A stretch of DNA of 64,000 bases from Candidatus Eiseniibacteriota bacterium (GCA_963717935.1 CAVQXP010000004.1:64001-128000), one strand, 5' to 3'; positions 1-9,791 are shown, counted from the first letter of the stretch. Notes: generated by a model from the sequence alone, not told the origin. Numbers and translations: made by a program.

Positions 1-143
1 GCGATGAATGATGAGCTGCTGGAAGGTGCTTTCGCGATGTGGCGCCGGGGAGGTCCGCACGCCCGGGGACCTGAAGGCGGGACGTGCAGCGAGCGGGACG
101 CGACCCGCCAGTTCACGCGGTGGCGTCACCCGTTCACGTACCT
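1..143 (-). ncRNA. candidate small RNA (runs off window), similar to the 384-495 candidate
   Basis: No credible ORF; follows the sigma-28-like promoter. Shares ordered blocks ACGUGA, GGGUG(A)CGC, GGGUCGCGUCCC, ACCUCC and GCCA(U)CAUCGCG with 384-495. Confidence 0.4.
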
Positions 144-150
144 AGAGTAG

Positions 151-179
151 GTATCGGCCTGCCGGGTGTCAAGGTTGAG
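151..179 (-). promoter_or_regulatory. sigma-28 (FliA/SigD)-like promoter
   Basis: Minus strand reads CTCAAC-N15-GCCGATAC, compared with the sigma-28 consensus TAAA-N15-GCCGATAA. Confidence 0.5.
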
Positions 180-358
180 CCGGGGGTCGAGTGGAGTCGC
201 GGGGCCACCCTGGACCGGCCACTACCGTGCAGCCCGGGACGTGAGGCCTCGCGAAACGCGATGGAAGTCGTGCGTGCTTTCGCCCGCGCCTTCGCACCCA
301 GCGCGGGAATCCCGCGCCAATCGAGGGTAAAGCGCTTCGCGCGCAGGCAGGCGGGGCG

Positions 359-373
359 TGGCACACGGCTTGC
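359..373 (+). promoter_or_regulatory. sigma-54 -24/-12 promoter
   Basis: TGGCACACGGCTTGC; GG-N10-GC spacing is exact and the match to TGGCACG-N4-TTGC is near perfect. Confidence 0.75.
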
Positions 374-383
374 CCTCATACGG

Positions 384-495
384 ACGTGAGGGTGCGCTGG
401 GTCGCGTCCCACCTCCGAGCCTGCCATCATCGCGCGGCCCGCCACCCCCCAATCAATCGAGACGCCCCGGGTCACGAGAGGACCCGGGGCGTCTT
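384..495 (+). ncRNA. candidate sigma-54-dependent small RNA (~110 nt)
   Basis: Lies between the sigma-54 promoter and a 14-bp hairpin, with no plausible CDS. Contains the anti-SD-like CACCUCC. Confidence 0.5.
460..495. terminator. intrinsic terminator-like hairpin, possibly bidirectional
   Basis: agacgccccgggtc-acgagag-gacccggggcgtct, a perfect 14-bp stem between convergent units. Confidence 0.65.
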
Positions 496-542
496 GTCGC
501 TGATTGCCGGCGCGGTCCGGGCCCGCCGGGGCCCTCCCGGCC

Positions 543-1211
543 CTAGCGCACGCGGTGCGCCAGCGGGACGGTCACCTTCACGAGCGCGGGCTCCATCACG
601 CACCAGTCGGGCAGCGACTGGGCCGCGACCTGCACCCGCAGCGTGTCGCGCCGGCCGCCGAGCCGCACGGGCTCGAGCACCACGCTGTCCAGGCGCGCCA
701 CGGCCGAGCGCGGGCCGGTGACCAGCACGCTCTCGGGGTCCACCATGACGGCGGGGGTCCACGAGGTGTCGCTGCCGGCCGGCACTTCGATGCGGGGCGC
801 CGCGGGCAGCCAGCGCCGCATCTTGGGCTCGATGCCGATGTCGATGACGCCGGGTCCGATCACGCGGGCCGCCTCGACGCCTTCGTAACCGGCCAGTGGC
901 AGGTCCGCGGCGGACACCTCCCGCTCGAAACGGCCGGGGCCGATGCCGTCGAGGGAGATCTTGATGGGCGGCTCGGTGACGCGCATCCGCAGGAGTTGCT
1001 TGCCGGTCCCGCGCACCTGCGCCTGTACGGTGGAGGGCACCGGCCCCGAGAGCGAGAGCAGGTCCCCCAGGTCCTGGATCTGGACCGGGAACGACATCGT
1101 CATCTCGGCCGGGCGGTCGAGGTAGACGTTCAGGTAGACGAGCAGCGCCAGCAGCAGGGCAGCCAGCTTGAGTCCGAGGTTGTCGAACAGCAGCCCGCGC
1201 AGCAGGTTCAT
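543..1211 (-). CDS. YbbR/CdaR-like membrane-anchored protein
   Basis: True start MNLLRGLLFDNLGLKLAALLLALLVY overlaps the upstream stop (ATGA). Contains YbbR-type motifs VQVRG and DPESVLVTGPRS. Confidence 0.75.
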   Translation of the reverse strand: MNLLRGLLFDNLGLKLAALLLALLVYLNVYLDRPAEMTMSFPVQIQDLGDLLSLSGPVPSTVQAQVRGTGKQLLRMRVTEPPIKISLDGIGPGRFEREVSAADLPLAGYEGVEAARVIGPGVIDIGIEPKMRRWLPAAPRIEVPAGSDTSWTPAVMVDPESVLVTGPRSAVARLDSVVLEPVRLGGRRDTLRVQVAAQSLPDWCVMEPALVKVTVPLAHRVR

Positions 1212-2641
1212 GCCCGCTCCTCCCCCGCGCCCGCGGGCGCGTCGCCTTCGTCCTCGGCCGCCTCGTCCCCCTCGCCGGGCTTGCGCAGACCGTGGCGCTC
1301 CATGCGCGAGTATAGCGTGCGGCGCGTCAGTCCGAGCAGCCGCGCGGCCTGGCTCTTGTTGCCCCGCGCGCGCTCGAGCGCCTGGAGGATCAACTCCCGC
1401 TCCAGCACCTCGAGCGAGAGCCCCCCGGGCGGGATCTCGGGGATCCAACCGGGGGCCGCCGTCGCGCCGCGGGACACATCCTCGCCGGAGCCGACGAAGC
1501 CCAGGTGCTCGACATCGATGGGATCGCTCCCCGCCAGGATCATGGCCCGCTCGAGAGCGTACTCCAGCTCGCGCACGTTGCCCGGGAACGGGTGGCGCTC
1601 GAGTGCCTGCAGCGCCCGCGCCGTGAGCTTGTCTTCCGAGGCCCCGTGCCGGCGCAGGAAGAACTCCGCCAGCGCGCGCACGTCGCCGGACCGCTCGCGC
1701 AGCGGCGGGACGGTGATGGGGAACACGTTCAGCCGGAAGAACAGGTCCTCGCGGAACTGCCGCTCGCGCACCATGGCCTCCAGGTCGCGGTTCGTCGCCG
1801 CGAGGATCCGGACGTCCACGGTCAGGGGCTGATTGCCGCCCACGCGGGTGAAGGTCTTCTCCTCGATCACCTGCAGGAGCTTGACCTGGAGCAGCAGGGG
1901 CAGCTCGCCGATCTCGTCGAGGAAGAGCGTGCCCTTGGCGGCGTCCTCGAAGCGGCCGGGCTTCTGGCGCACCGCGCCGGTGAAGGCCCCGCGCTCGTGG
2001 CCGAACAGCTCGCTCTCGAGCAGGGCCTCGGGCAGCGCCCCGCAGTTCACCTTGACCCAGGGCCCGCCGGCGCGCCGGCTCGAGAAGTGGATGGCGCGTG
2101 CGAACAGGTCCTTGCCGGTGCCGCTCTCGCCGCGCAGCAGCACGGTGGAGTCCGTGGCTGCCACCTTGCGCGCCAGCTCGAGCGCGCGGGCGAGGGACGG
2201 CGCGGTGCCGACGACGGTGGTCAGGTCGCGGGTGAGCGAGTCCACCGTGTGCGTCAGCCGCTGGTTCTCCGAGGCGAGGTGACGCTCGCGGGCGGCCTTC
2301 TCGAGGATGGCCTTGAGCTCCTCGCGGAACTCGCCCTCCTTGTCCACGTAGTCGTAGGCGCCGAGCTTGAGCGCGCGGCGCGCCGTGTCCAGGCTGGCGT
2401 AGGCCGTCATCAGCACGACCGTGGTCGCCGGCCAGCGCTGCTTCACCTCGCCCAGCAGCGCGAGCCCGTCAGGCGGGGCCATGCGCAGATCGGTCACCAC
2501 GGCGTCGAACGCCGCCGCTTCGAGCCGGCGCAGGGCGGCCGCCCCGCCGTTCACGAACTCGGTCTCGTGGCCTGCGTCACGCAGCTCGAGCGCCGTGAGC
2601 TCGGCGTTGCGCACCTCGTCGTCCACCACCAGCACGCGCAC
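1208..2641 (-). CDS. sigma-54-dependent response regulator (NtrC family; REC-AAA+-HTH)
   Basis: VLVVDDE receiver, GESGTGKD Walker A, ELFGHERGAFTGA, LFLDEIGE and a C-terminal Fis-type HTH. Confidence 0.95.
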   Translation of the reverse strand: MRVLVVDDEVRNAELTALELRDAGHETEFVNGGAAALRRLEAAAFDAVVTDLRMAPPDGLALLGEVKQRWPATTVVLMTAYASLDTARRALKLGAYDYVDKEGEFREELKAILEKAARERHLASENQRLTHTVDSLTRDLTTVVGTAPSLARALELARKVAATDSTVLLRGESGTGKDLFARAIHFSSRRAGGPWVKVNCGALPEALLESELFGHERGAFTGAVRQKPGRFEDAAKGTLFLDEIGELPLLLQVKLLQVIEEKTFTRVGGNQPLTVDVRILAATNRDLEAMVRERQFREDLFFRLNVFPITVPPLRERSGDVRALAEFFLRRHGASEDKLTARALQALERHPFPGNVRELEYALERAMILAGSDPIDVEHLGFVGSGEDVSRGATAAPGWIPEIPPGGLSLEVLERELILQALERARGNKSQAARLLGLTRRTLYSRMERHGLRKPGEGDEAAEDEGDAPAGAGEERA

Positions 2642-2642
2642 G

Positions 2643-3971
2643 CTACGTCCCTCCCTGCGATCGCTTCCTCGGGAAGCGCACCGTACACGTGGTGCCGCGC
2701 CCCACCTCGCTCTGGATCCTCAGCTCCCCGCCCGCCGACTCCGCCAGCCGCCGGGCCAGGAAGAGCCCGAGCCCCGAGCCGGTGGCCTTGGTCGTGAAGA
2801 ACGGGCGGCCCAGCCGCTTCAGCGTCCCGGCCGGGATCCCCGCGCCGTCGTCGGCGATGCCGACTTCGATGCGCCCCGCCCGCTCGGCCAGGCTGACCGC
2901 GAGGCGGCCACCCCGTGGCATGGCCTCGAGGGCGTTCAGGATGAGGTTCAAGTACAACTGCTTCAAGGACTCGTTGTCCAGCGCCACCGGCGCGGTCTCG
3001 AGCTGGCCGGCGCGCTCGAGCGCCACCTCGCGCGCACGCAACTCACCCTGGAGCAGCTCGAGCGTGGCCTCGAGCGCCGCGACCGCGTCCCCGACCTCGG
3101 CCGCGCCTTCCGGCTCCCCCACGCCGCTGCCCCGCGCGAACTCGAGGTAACGCGCCACGGTGCGCGAGAGCCGGTCGGTCTCCTCGACGACGAAATCGGC
3201 CATGCGCTGGGCCTCGGGCTCGAGCCGGCCGAGCCGCTGGGCCGAACCCCGGATGATGGCGAGCGGGTTCTTGATCTCGTGCGCCAGGGTCGCCGTCAGG
3301 CGCCCCATGGCCGCCAGGTTCTGCGCGCGCGACAGGCGCCGCTCGAGCCGCGCCGCCAGCCAGGCGCCGCGCACCACGATGGCGGCGAGCAGGAGCACCG
3401 CCAGCATGGTGGCCGCGGCGATCAGGAGCAGGGTGCGACCGAGCTGCGAGACCACCGGCAGGTAGGCCGGGGCCAGCTCCACCGCGACCGCCCCCAGCAC
3501 CCGGCCCGTCTCGTCGCGGACCGGAGCGATGCCCGCGCGCAGCAACGTGCCCTCGTGCCGGTACGGGGCCGAGACCGCGGCCTCGCCGCGCAGCGCGCGC
3601 CGGAGCGCCGGGCCCGCAAGCGTGTCGAGGACGCTGGGCAGTCCCTCCGTGAACTCGGACTCGCGTGCGTCCACGACAACCACGCCGGCCGAGTCCACCA
3701 GCGATGCGTCGGCCACCCCGGTCGAGGCACGCAGGGTCACGAGCTGCACCTGGAGCGAGAGGTAGGCGCTGCCTTCTTCGCGCAGGCGGGCCTCGGCCAG
3801 GTCCGCCGGGCCGACCTCGCGCGCGGCGGTCGCGGCGATGCGGCCGATGCGCTGCTCGAACTCGGACTCGAGCGCGCCGGCCACGCGGTGCCAGGTGACC
3901 CACGTCGAAATCGCGGTGGCCAGGACCACCACGAGGGCGAAGAGGGTGATGAAGACCAGGGTACGCTGCAC
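2643..3971 (-). CDS. membrane sensor histidine kinase
   Basis: Two TM segments, LAHEIKNPL H-box, NLILNALEA N-box, DDGAGI and FFTTK..GSGLGL. Confidence 0.93.
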   Translation of the reverse strand: MQRTLVFITLFALVVVLATAISTWVTWHRVAGALESEFEQRIGRIAATAAREVGPADLAEARLREEGSAYLSLQVQLVTLRASTGVADASLVDSAGVVVVDARESEFTEGLPSVLDTLAGPALRRALRGEAAVSAPYRHEGTLLRAGIAPVRDETGRVLGAVAVELAPAYLPVVSQLGRTLLLIAAATMLAVLLLAAIVVRGAWLAARLERRLSRAQNLAAMGRLTATLAHEIKNPLAIIRGSAQRLGRLEPEAQRMADFVVEETDRLSRTVARYLEFARGSGVGEPEGAAEVGDAVAALEATLELLQGELRAREVALERAGQLETAPVALDNESLKQLYLNLILNALEAMPRGGRLAVSLAERAGRIEVGIADDGAGIPAGTLKRLGRPFFTTKATGSGLGLFLARRLAESAGGELRIQSEVGRGTTCTVRFPRKRSQGGT

Positions 3972-4056
3972 GGGCTCCCTCCCGGCGGCGGGTTACGGGC
4001 CCGGGCGGGCCCGCGACGCGCCCCGCCCGGACGGGACGCGAATCGTCCACCAGCGC

Positions 4057-4084
4057 AATCTAGCAGGGCCGCAGGGGCTGTCAA
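4057..4084 (-). promoter_or_regulatory. sigma-70-type promoter of the kinase/regulator/ybbR operon
   Basis: Minus strand TTGACA-N16-TAGATT. Confidence 0.5.
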
Positions 4085-4230
4085 CGCGCCGACCACCCCC
4101 GTGGGCGGGAGTGGTCGGCGATCGCCCCGGTCGGCCGGTGGCGGGAGCCACCCGTACAGGCTCTTCAGGCCGCCCCGGCTCGAGGACCGGGCGGCCCCGC
4201 GCCTCGATTCGGGCTGGCGCCCTGCAGACC

Positions 4231-4635
4231 TCAGCCGGCGAGCTTCTGCTGGACGCGCAGGAGGCGGGCGCGTGCCTCCTCGCCGACGGACTTGAGCGCG
4301 TCGTTCCCCACGAAGCCCATGGCGGCCGCGGGGTCCATGAAGGTCACCACGGAGCCGCCTTCGTCCTCGTAGACCGCCACGTTGCAGGGCAGCAGGAGGC
4401 CGATGTTCAGCTCGGCCTGGAAGGCCCGGTGCGCGAGCGGCGGGTTGCAGGCGCCGAGGATGACGTAGCGCCGGAAGTCCACGCCCAGCTTCTCCTTGAG
4501 CGTCTGCTGCACGTCGATGCGCGTGAGGACGCCGAAGCCCTCCTCTTTCAGCAGCTCGGTCGTGCGCTGCACGGCCGATTCGTAGGGCAGCGTGACCTTC
4601 ACGCCGAAACCGTATGGGGTCGTGATGGCCGACAT
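4231..4635 (-). CDS. DUF302 domain protein
   Basis: EEGFGVLTRIDV, YVILGACNP and IGLLLPCNVAVYE motifs; good RBS. Confidence 0.9.
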   Translation of the reverse strand: MSAITTPYGFGVKVTLPYESAVQRTTELLKEEGFGVLTRIDVQQTLKEKLGVDFRRYVILGACNPPLAHRAFQAELNIGLLLPCNVAVYEDEGGSVVTFMDPAAAMGFVGNDALKSVGEEARARLLRVQQKLAG

Positions 4636-4734
4636 GATCGTCCCTCCTCGCGTGGGTGGATGCCCTCGTGCGGTTTCCCGGGCGTCGTCAGCCGGTGGGA
4701 GACACGAACCTGCGCCCGGGATCCGCGCCCCTGG

Positions 4735-6165
4735 CTACCGGGAGGCGGGCTTCGTCTCCTGTCTCAGCAGGTGGATGGCCATGTGGTCGGCATCCTCGGC
4801 CGCCTCGCCGATCGTCTCCGCCACCGTCGGATGCGCGTGGATGGCGTGCGCCAGGTGGCGCAGATCGAGGTCGGCGCCGAGGGCGAGCGAGCACTCGTGG
4901 ATGATCTCGCTGGCCTTCGCCCCGATGATGTGCGCCCCCAGCAGCTGGTCGGTCGCGGCGTCGCCGATGAGCTTCACGAAGCCCGTGGTCTCGAGGTCGG
5001 CGATGTTGCGGCCGTGTGCGCGCAGCGGGAAGCGGCCGATCTTGAGCGCGTGCCCCCGCGCCTTCGCCTCGCGTTCGGTGAGACCGACGCTGGCGATCTC
5101 GGGGTTCGTGAACGTGGCGGCGGGCACCGCGCGCCAGTCGGTCTGGGCCGGGAGCCCGGCGATGATCTCGGCGGCCGCCTTGCCCTGCGCCGAGGCGAAG
5201 TGCGCCAGCTGCTTCAGGTCGGTGACGTCGCCGATCGCGTAGACGTTCGGCGCCGAGGTCTGCAGCCGGTCGTTCACCTGCACGCGGCCGCGCTCGCCCA
5301 GTGCCACGCCGGCCGGCCCGGCACCCAGCCCCCCGGTGTACGGCTTGCGCCCGGTCGCGAGCAGCACCGTGTCCACCTCGACCGTCTTCCCGCCGGTGAG
5401 CGTGAGCACGATCGATCCATCGGGACCCTCCCTGCGGTCCTCGATCTTCGTCCCGAGGAAGACGGCGATCTTCTGCTTCTTCAGCTCGCGCTCGAGCGCC
5501 AGCGAGATCTCGTCGTCCTCGGCGACGACCAGGCGCGGCAGCATCTCGATCACCGTGACCCTGGTGCCGAGCGCGGCGAAGAAACTGGCGAACTCGCAGC
5601 CGATGACCCCGCCGCCCAGCACCGCCATGCGCTTCGGCTGTTCGGGCAGGGCCAGAGCCTCGCGGCTCGTGATGACCCGCGTGCCGTCGAGCGCGAAGTC
5701 CGGCGGGAGCCACGAGTCGGCCCCGGTGGCGAGCAGGACGTGCATCGCGGCCAGTTCGACGGTGGCGCCGTCCTGCTGGAGCACCGCCACGCGCCCGGGC
5801 GAGGCGAGCCGCGCCGTGCCGCGCACGATCTCGACCCCGCGGCCCTGGAGCAGGGTCTTCACGCCGCCCGTGAGCTGCTTCACCACCTTGTCCTTGCGCG
5901 CGAGCATCCAGTCCCAGCGCACCGTGGGCGCTGCGACCTCGATGCCGAAGTCCTTCGCGTGGCGGATCTGCTCGAGCAGGTGCGCGGAGACGATCCACGC
6001 CTTGGTGGGGATGCAGCCCCAGTTCAGGCAGGTGCCGCCGAGCTCGTCCTTCTCCACCACTGCGCTGCGCAGGCCCAGCTGGGCGGCGCGGATGGCCGCC
6101 ACGTAGCCACCCGGGCCGGTGCCGATGACGACGAGGTCGAAGGGACGGGAGTCGGGCACGGGCAT
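4735..6165 (-). CDS. lpdA: dihydrolipoyl dehydrogenase
   Basis: GTGPGGYVAAIRAAQLG, redox disulfide GGTCLNWGCIPTK and C-terminal HAHPTVAE. Confidence 0.95.
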   Translation of the reverse strand: MPVPDSRPFDLVVIGTGPGGYVAAIRAAQLGLRSAVVEKDELGGTCLNWGCIPTKAWIVSAHLLEQIRHAKDFGIEVAAPTVRWDWMLARKDKVVKQLTGGVKTLLQGRGVEIVRGTARLASPGRVAVLQQDGATVELAAMHVLLATGADSWLPPDFALDGTRVITSREALALPEQPKRMAVLGGGVIGCEFASFFAALGTRVTVIEMLPRLVVAEDDEISLALERELKKQKIAVFLGTKIEDRREGPDGSIVLTLTGGKTVEVDTVLLATGRKPYTGGLGAGPAGVALGERGRVQVNDRLQTSAPNVYAIGDVTDLKQLAHFASAQGKAAAEIIAGLPAQTDWRAVPAATFTNPEIASVGLTEREAKARGHALKIGRFPLRAHGRNIADLETTGFVKLIGDAATDQLLGAHIIGAKASEIIHECSLALGADLDLRHLAHAIHAHPTVAETIGEAAEDADHMAIHLLRQETKPASR

Positions 6166-6199
6166 CCTCTTGCGTGTGAAGGTGGCGTACGACCCTGGA

Positions 6200-6976
6200 C
6201 TACTTCCCCGGCCCGCCCGGTGGCGGCATCCCGCCCGGATCCAGGGGCGGCGCCTTCTTGCCGGTCTTCTCGAGGATCTGCTGCATGTGCTGCACGATCT
6301 GCCGCTTCATCTCCGCCGACGGGCTGGCCTCCAGCGACCGGTGGAAGTACTTCAGTGCCGTCTCGTTCTCGTCCAGGCGCTCGTTCACGACACCCAGGTT
6401 GAAGAGCGCGACGGGCTGGCGGGGTTCACGGGTCAGCGCCAGCTGGAACAACTCCTCCGCGCGCGCCGTGTCCCCCTGGTTGTAGTAGCACACGCCCATG
6501 TCCACGATCGCCATGACGCGGGTCGAGTCGCAGGCGATGGCGCGCGCGTAGTACGTCGCGGCCTCGGCCCAGTTGGCGGTGTCGTAGAGGACATTGGCGT
6601 ACTCGATGGTCGCCTCCACGTTCGTCGAGTCCCGCAGGATCACGGTGCGCAGGCTGTCGATCAGCCGCTGCTGGTCCACCGAGGCGCCCTCGACGGGCAC
6701 CGCGTTGTTCTTCCTGGATCCATCGACGGCCTGCCAGACCAGGAGCGCGGCGGCCACGACGCCGAAGAACATCCAGAGGGAGAGCGTGTTCGCGTTGGCG
6801 ACAGGTCCCGGCCGCGGACGGCGCACCGGGCGGCGGATGATGATCTCGGGTTCGGCTGCACCGGGGAGCCCGGGGCCGGGAGCCGTCTCCTGGAGCGGGT
6901 AGTTGCAGTGGCTGCAGCTCGTGCTGCCGGCCGGATTCTCGCGCCCACAACCGGGGCAGCGGACAACGTCGGACAT
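6200..6976 (-). CDS. zinc-ribbon + TM + tetratricopeptide repeat protein
   Basis: N-terminal CPGC..CSHC ribbon, one TM helix and TPR-like repeats. Confidence 0.75.
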   Translation of the reverse strand: MSDVVRCPGCGRENPAGSTSCSHCNYPLQETAPGPGLPGAAEPEIIIRRPVRRPRPGPVANANTLSLWMFFGVVAAALLVWQAVDGSRKNNAVPVEGASVDQQRLIDSLRTVILRDSTNVEATIEYANVLYDTANWAEAATYYARAIACDSTRVMAIVDMGVCYYNQGDTARAEELFQLALTREPRQPVALFNLGVVNERLDENETALKYFHRSLEASPSAEMKRQIVQHMQQILEKTGKKAPPLDPGGMPPPGGPGK

Positions 6977-7109
6977 GGCTTCCTCGAGGTTGGCGCGCGG
7001 CCGGGCACCATCGGACGAGCCGATGGCTCAGGACGCCCGGACTATAGGCACGCCGGGAAGAACCCGGCAAGCGAAACGGGGCCGGGGCGCACCCGTGGCC
7101 TGCGACCGC

Positions 7110-9425
7110 TCAGGGCGCGTCTCCCAGCGCCCGCCGCAGAGCGTTCCGAAACTGCTCCAGGCTGTAGGGCTTCCGGATGAATCCGGCCAGCCGGTCCTTC
7201 GCGACGCGCCGGGTGGCCTCCGCCTCGTCGTAGCCGCTGGACAGGATGACCTTCATGCCGGGCTCGATGCACAGGATCCGCTCGAGCGCTGCCGCACCGT
7301 CCAGGCAGGGCATGGTCAGGTCCAGGATGATCGCGCGGATCCCGGCGCCGTGCCGCCGTACCATCTCCACGGCCTGCTCGCCATCCCCTGCCGTGAGCAC
7401 CGTGAAACCCATGGATTCCGCCATGGCCACACAGGCGTTCCGGACGACGTCCTCGTCGTCCACGACGAGGATGACCCCGCTCCCTGCGGGCGGCGGCGCC
7501 ACCTCGGCCGTGCCGGAGGGCGCCCCCTCCACCGGGGCCGCCGCTCCCGGCGCCACCTCGACCGCGGGGAACAGCACCCGGATCGTGGCCCCCGCCCCCG
7601 CGGCACTGTCGAGCAGGATCGCGCCGCGGTGGCCCCGCACGATCCCGAGCACTGCCGACATGCCGAGCCCGCGGCCCGTGAACTTCGTGGTGAAGAACGG
7701 CTCGAACATGCGCTTCTGCGTCTGCTCGTCCATCCCGCAACCAGTGTCCGCCACCTCGAAGTAGGCGTAGCGCCCTGCAGGCGGCGTCACTTCGAGACGG
7801 CTCCGGCCCAGGTAGGAGACGTCGCAGTCCTGGACACCGGTGGAGAGCGTGATCGTGCCCGGCTCGCCCCCGATGGCCTCGGACGCGTTGGTGATGAGGT
7901 TCATGATCACCTGCTGGATCTGCCCGGCGTCGGCTTCGACGGCAGGCAGGGCACGGGCCAGGCGGAGTTTCAGCGTCGTGGTCCTGGGGACGGACGTGCG
8001 CAGGAGGTCGATGTTCCCCTCCAGCAGCTCGTTCAGGTCCAGGCGCCCGACCACGAACTTGCCCCGGCCGGAATAGGCCAGCATCTGGCGCGTCAGGTCG
8101 GCCGCGCGCCGGGCGGCGTTGCTGGCAGCCTCGAGCCGGGGCCGTGCGGAGCCCGGGGAGAGATCTCGGAGGGCCAGATCGAGGTTCCCCAGCATGGCCA
8201 TGAGCAGGTTGTTGAAGTCGTGTGCGATGCCCCCCGCCAGCACTCCGAGGCTCTCCAGCTTCTGCGCATGAAGCAGCCGCCGCTCCATCTCCAGCCGCTC
8301 CTCCCCGACCCGCCGGCGCTCGGTCACGTCGCGCACGATCGCCTGCAGATAGACCCGCCCCTGCCACTCCACCCGGGCCAGTGAGACCTCGGCGTCAAAG
8401 GGCGTACCGTCCCTGCGGTGGTGGAGCCACTCGAACGACTGTGGCTCGCCCGCCAGCGCCGCGCGCATCCAAGCCTCGGCCAGGGGCACCGACGGGGCGC
8501 CGTCCCGTTGCTCGGACGGAGAGAAGTCCGCGGGGTGGTGACCCAGGATCTCCTCCCGGGTGCAGCCGAAGACCTCGAGGGTGCGCGCGTTGCAGTCCAC
8601 GAACCGCCTCCCCTCCACGAGGAAGATGGCGTCGCTCGCGCCCTCGAACAGCGTCCGGAGCCGGCCCTCGCTCTCCCGCAGTGCCTCCTCCGCCTGTTTG
8701 CGCTCGGTGAGGTCGGTGGTCATCTCGTAGCGGACGATACGGCCGTCCGGCCAGGTGATCGCCCGGTCCACGCACCGGTACCAGCGCCCGTTGGATTCGT
8801 TCTGGAACTCCCATACGAACGTCCTGCCCAGGTTCGCTCCGAGGATCCTGTCGTTCGTGCAGAACGGGCACGGCGCGCTGCGATGCTGCAGGTACTCGTA
8901 GCACTTCCGCTGCTCCGGAGCGCCGAAGGCCTGCTCGAGGGCGCGGTTGACGTAGAGCACTTCGTAGGTCTCGGGGTCCGCGACGTAGACGGGGTCGGCA
9001 TTGGCATCCAGAATCGACAGCAACCGCAGGTGGTTCGCCTTCGCCTCCGCCTCCGCCCGCTTGCGCTCGGTGATGTCGCGCCCAACGCCCAGCAGGTGAC
9101 CGTCGGGCAGAATCCGCGTGGTGAGCTCCACCGGGAGCAGGCGCCCGTCCTTGCAGCGCAGTTGGCGCTCCGCGACCACCCTCGTCCCGGCGCGATGACC
9201 GGCAGCACGCAGGGAATCCGTCCGCGGGTCCTCGGGGCCCGTGAAATCCTGGAACGGCCGGCCCAGGATCTCTTCGGCGGCAAAGCCCAGGATGTCGGAC
9301 AACTGCGCGTTGACGGCGACCATCCGGCCCTGGGGATCGGCGACGAACATGGCCTCTGCGGCCTGCTGGAAGAACAGGACGTAGAACTCCGCGGGCAGGC
9401 TCGGGGCCGTGGATTCAGGGTCCAT
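7110..9425 (-). CDS. cytoplasmic multi-PAS hybrid sensor kinase/receiver
   Basis: Three PAS/PAC units (RDITERK), AHDFNN H-box, G-boxes and a C-terminal receiver. Likely start MDPEST at 9425 with RBS. Confidence 0.92.
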   Translation of the reverse strand: MDPESTAPSLPAEFYVLFFQQAAEAMFVADPQGRMVAVNAQLSDILGFAAEEILGRPFQDFTGPEDPRTDSLRAAGHRAGTRVVAERQLRCKDGRLLPVELTTRILPDGHLLGVGRDITERKRAEAEAKANHLRLLSILDANADPVYVADPETYEVLYVNRALEQAFGAPEQRKCYEYLQHRSAPCPFCTNDRILGANLGRTFVWEFQNESNGRWYRCVDRAITWPDGRIVRYEMTTDLTERKQAEEALRESEGRLRTLFEGASDAIFLVEGRRFVDCNARTLEVFGCTREEILGHHPADFSPSEQRDGAPSVPLAEAWMRAALAGEPQSFEWLHHRRDGTPFDAEVSLARVEWQGRVYLQAIVRDVTERRRVGEERLEMERRLLHAQKLESLGVLAGGIAHDFNNLLMAMLGNLDLALRDLSPGSARPRLEAASNAARRAADLTRQMLAYSGRGKFVVGRLDLNELLEGNIDLLRTSVPRTTTLKLRLARALPAVEADAGQIQQVIMNLITNASEAIGGEPGTITLSTGVQDCDVSYLGRSRLEVTPPAGRYAYFEVADTGCGMDEQTQKRMFEPFFTTKFTGRGLGMSAVLGIVRGHRGAILLDSAAGAGATIRVLFPAVEVAPGAAAPVEGAPSGTAEVAPPPAGSGVILVVDDEDVVRNACVAMAESMGFTVLTAGDGEQAVEMVRRHGAGIRAIILDLTMPCLDGAAALERILCIEPGMKVILSSGYDEAEATRRVAKDRLAGFIRKPYSLEQFRNALRRALGDAP

Positions 9426-9791
9426 CAGCGGTCTCCCTCGGAATCGTCGGAGGCGTTCGCCTCGCGCTCCCCCGGGAGAGCGATGTCGGCCTGCACCGGC
9501 ACCCACCGCGGGGAACACGGGGAGGAATGCCGGGGCTTGTCGGACCGGGCGGTGCCCTGTCCCCGGCGGGGCAGGGAGCGGGGTGAAGTGTCCTCCTTCC
9601 GAGGACCACGTCAATATACGTTCCGTGCGCGGAACACGGCAATCACGCTTCCGGTCCGTGGTCCGGGTTCGCCCGCGCGCCGGCTCCGCCGGGCGCATCC
9701 GCCGGATGGCCAGACCGCAGCCGGGCGGGTGCCCGGGCGGCCGCCCGGTGTCCGTTGCCGAACTCCGCCGCGACGGCTAGCATCGGGCCCC

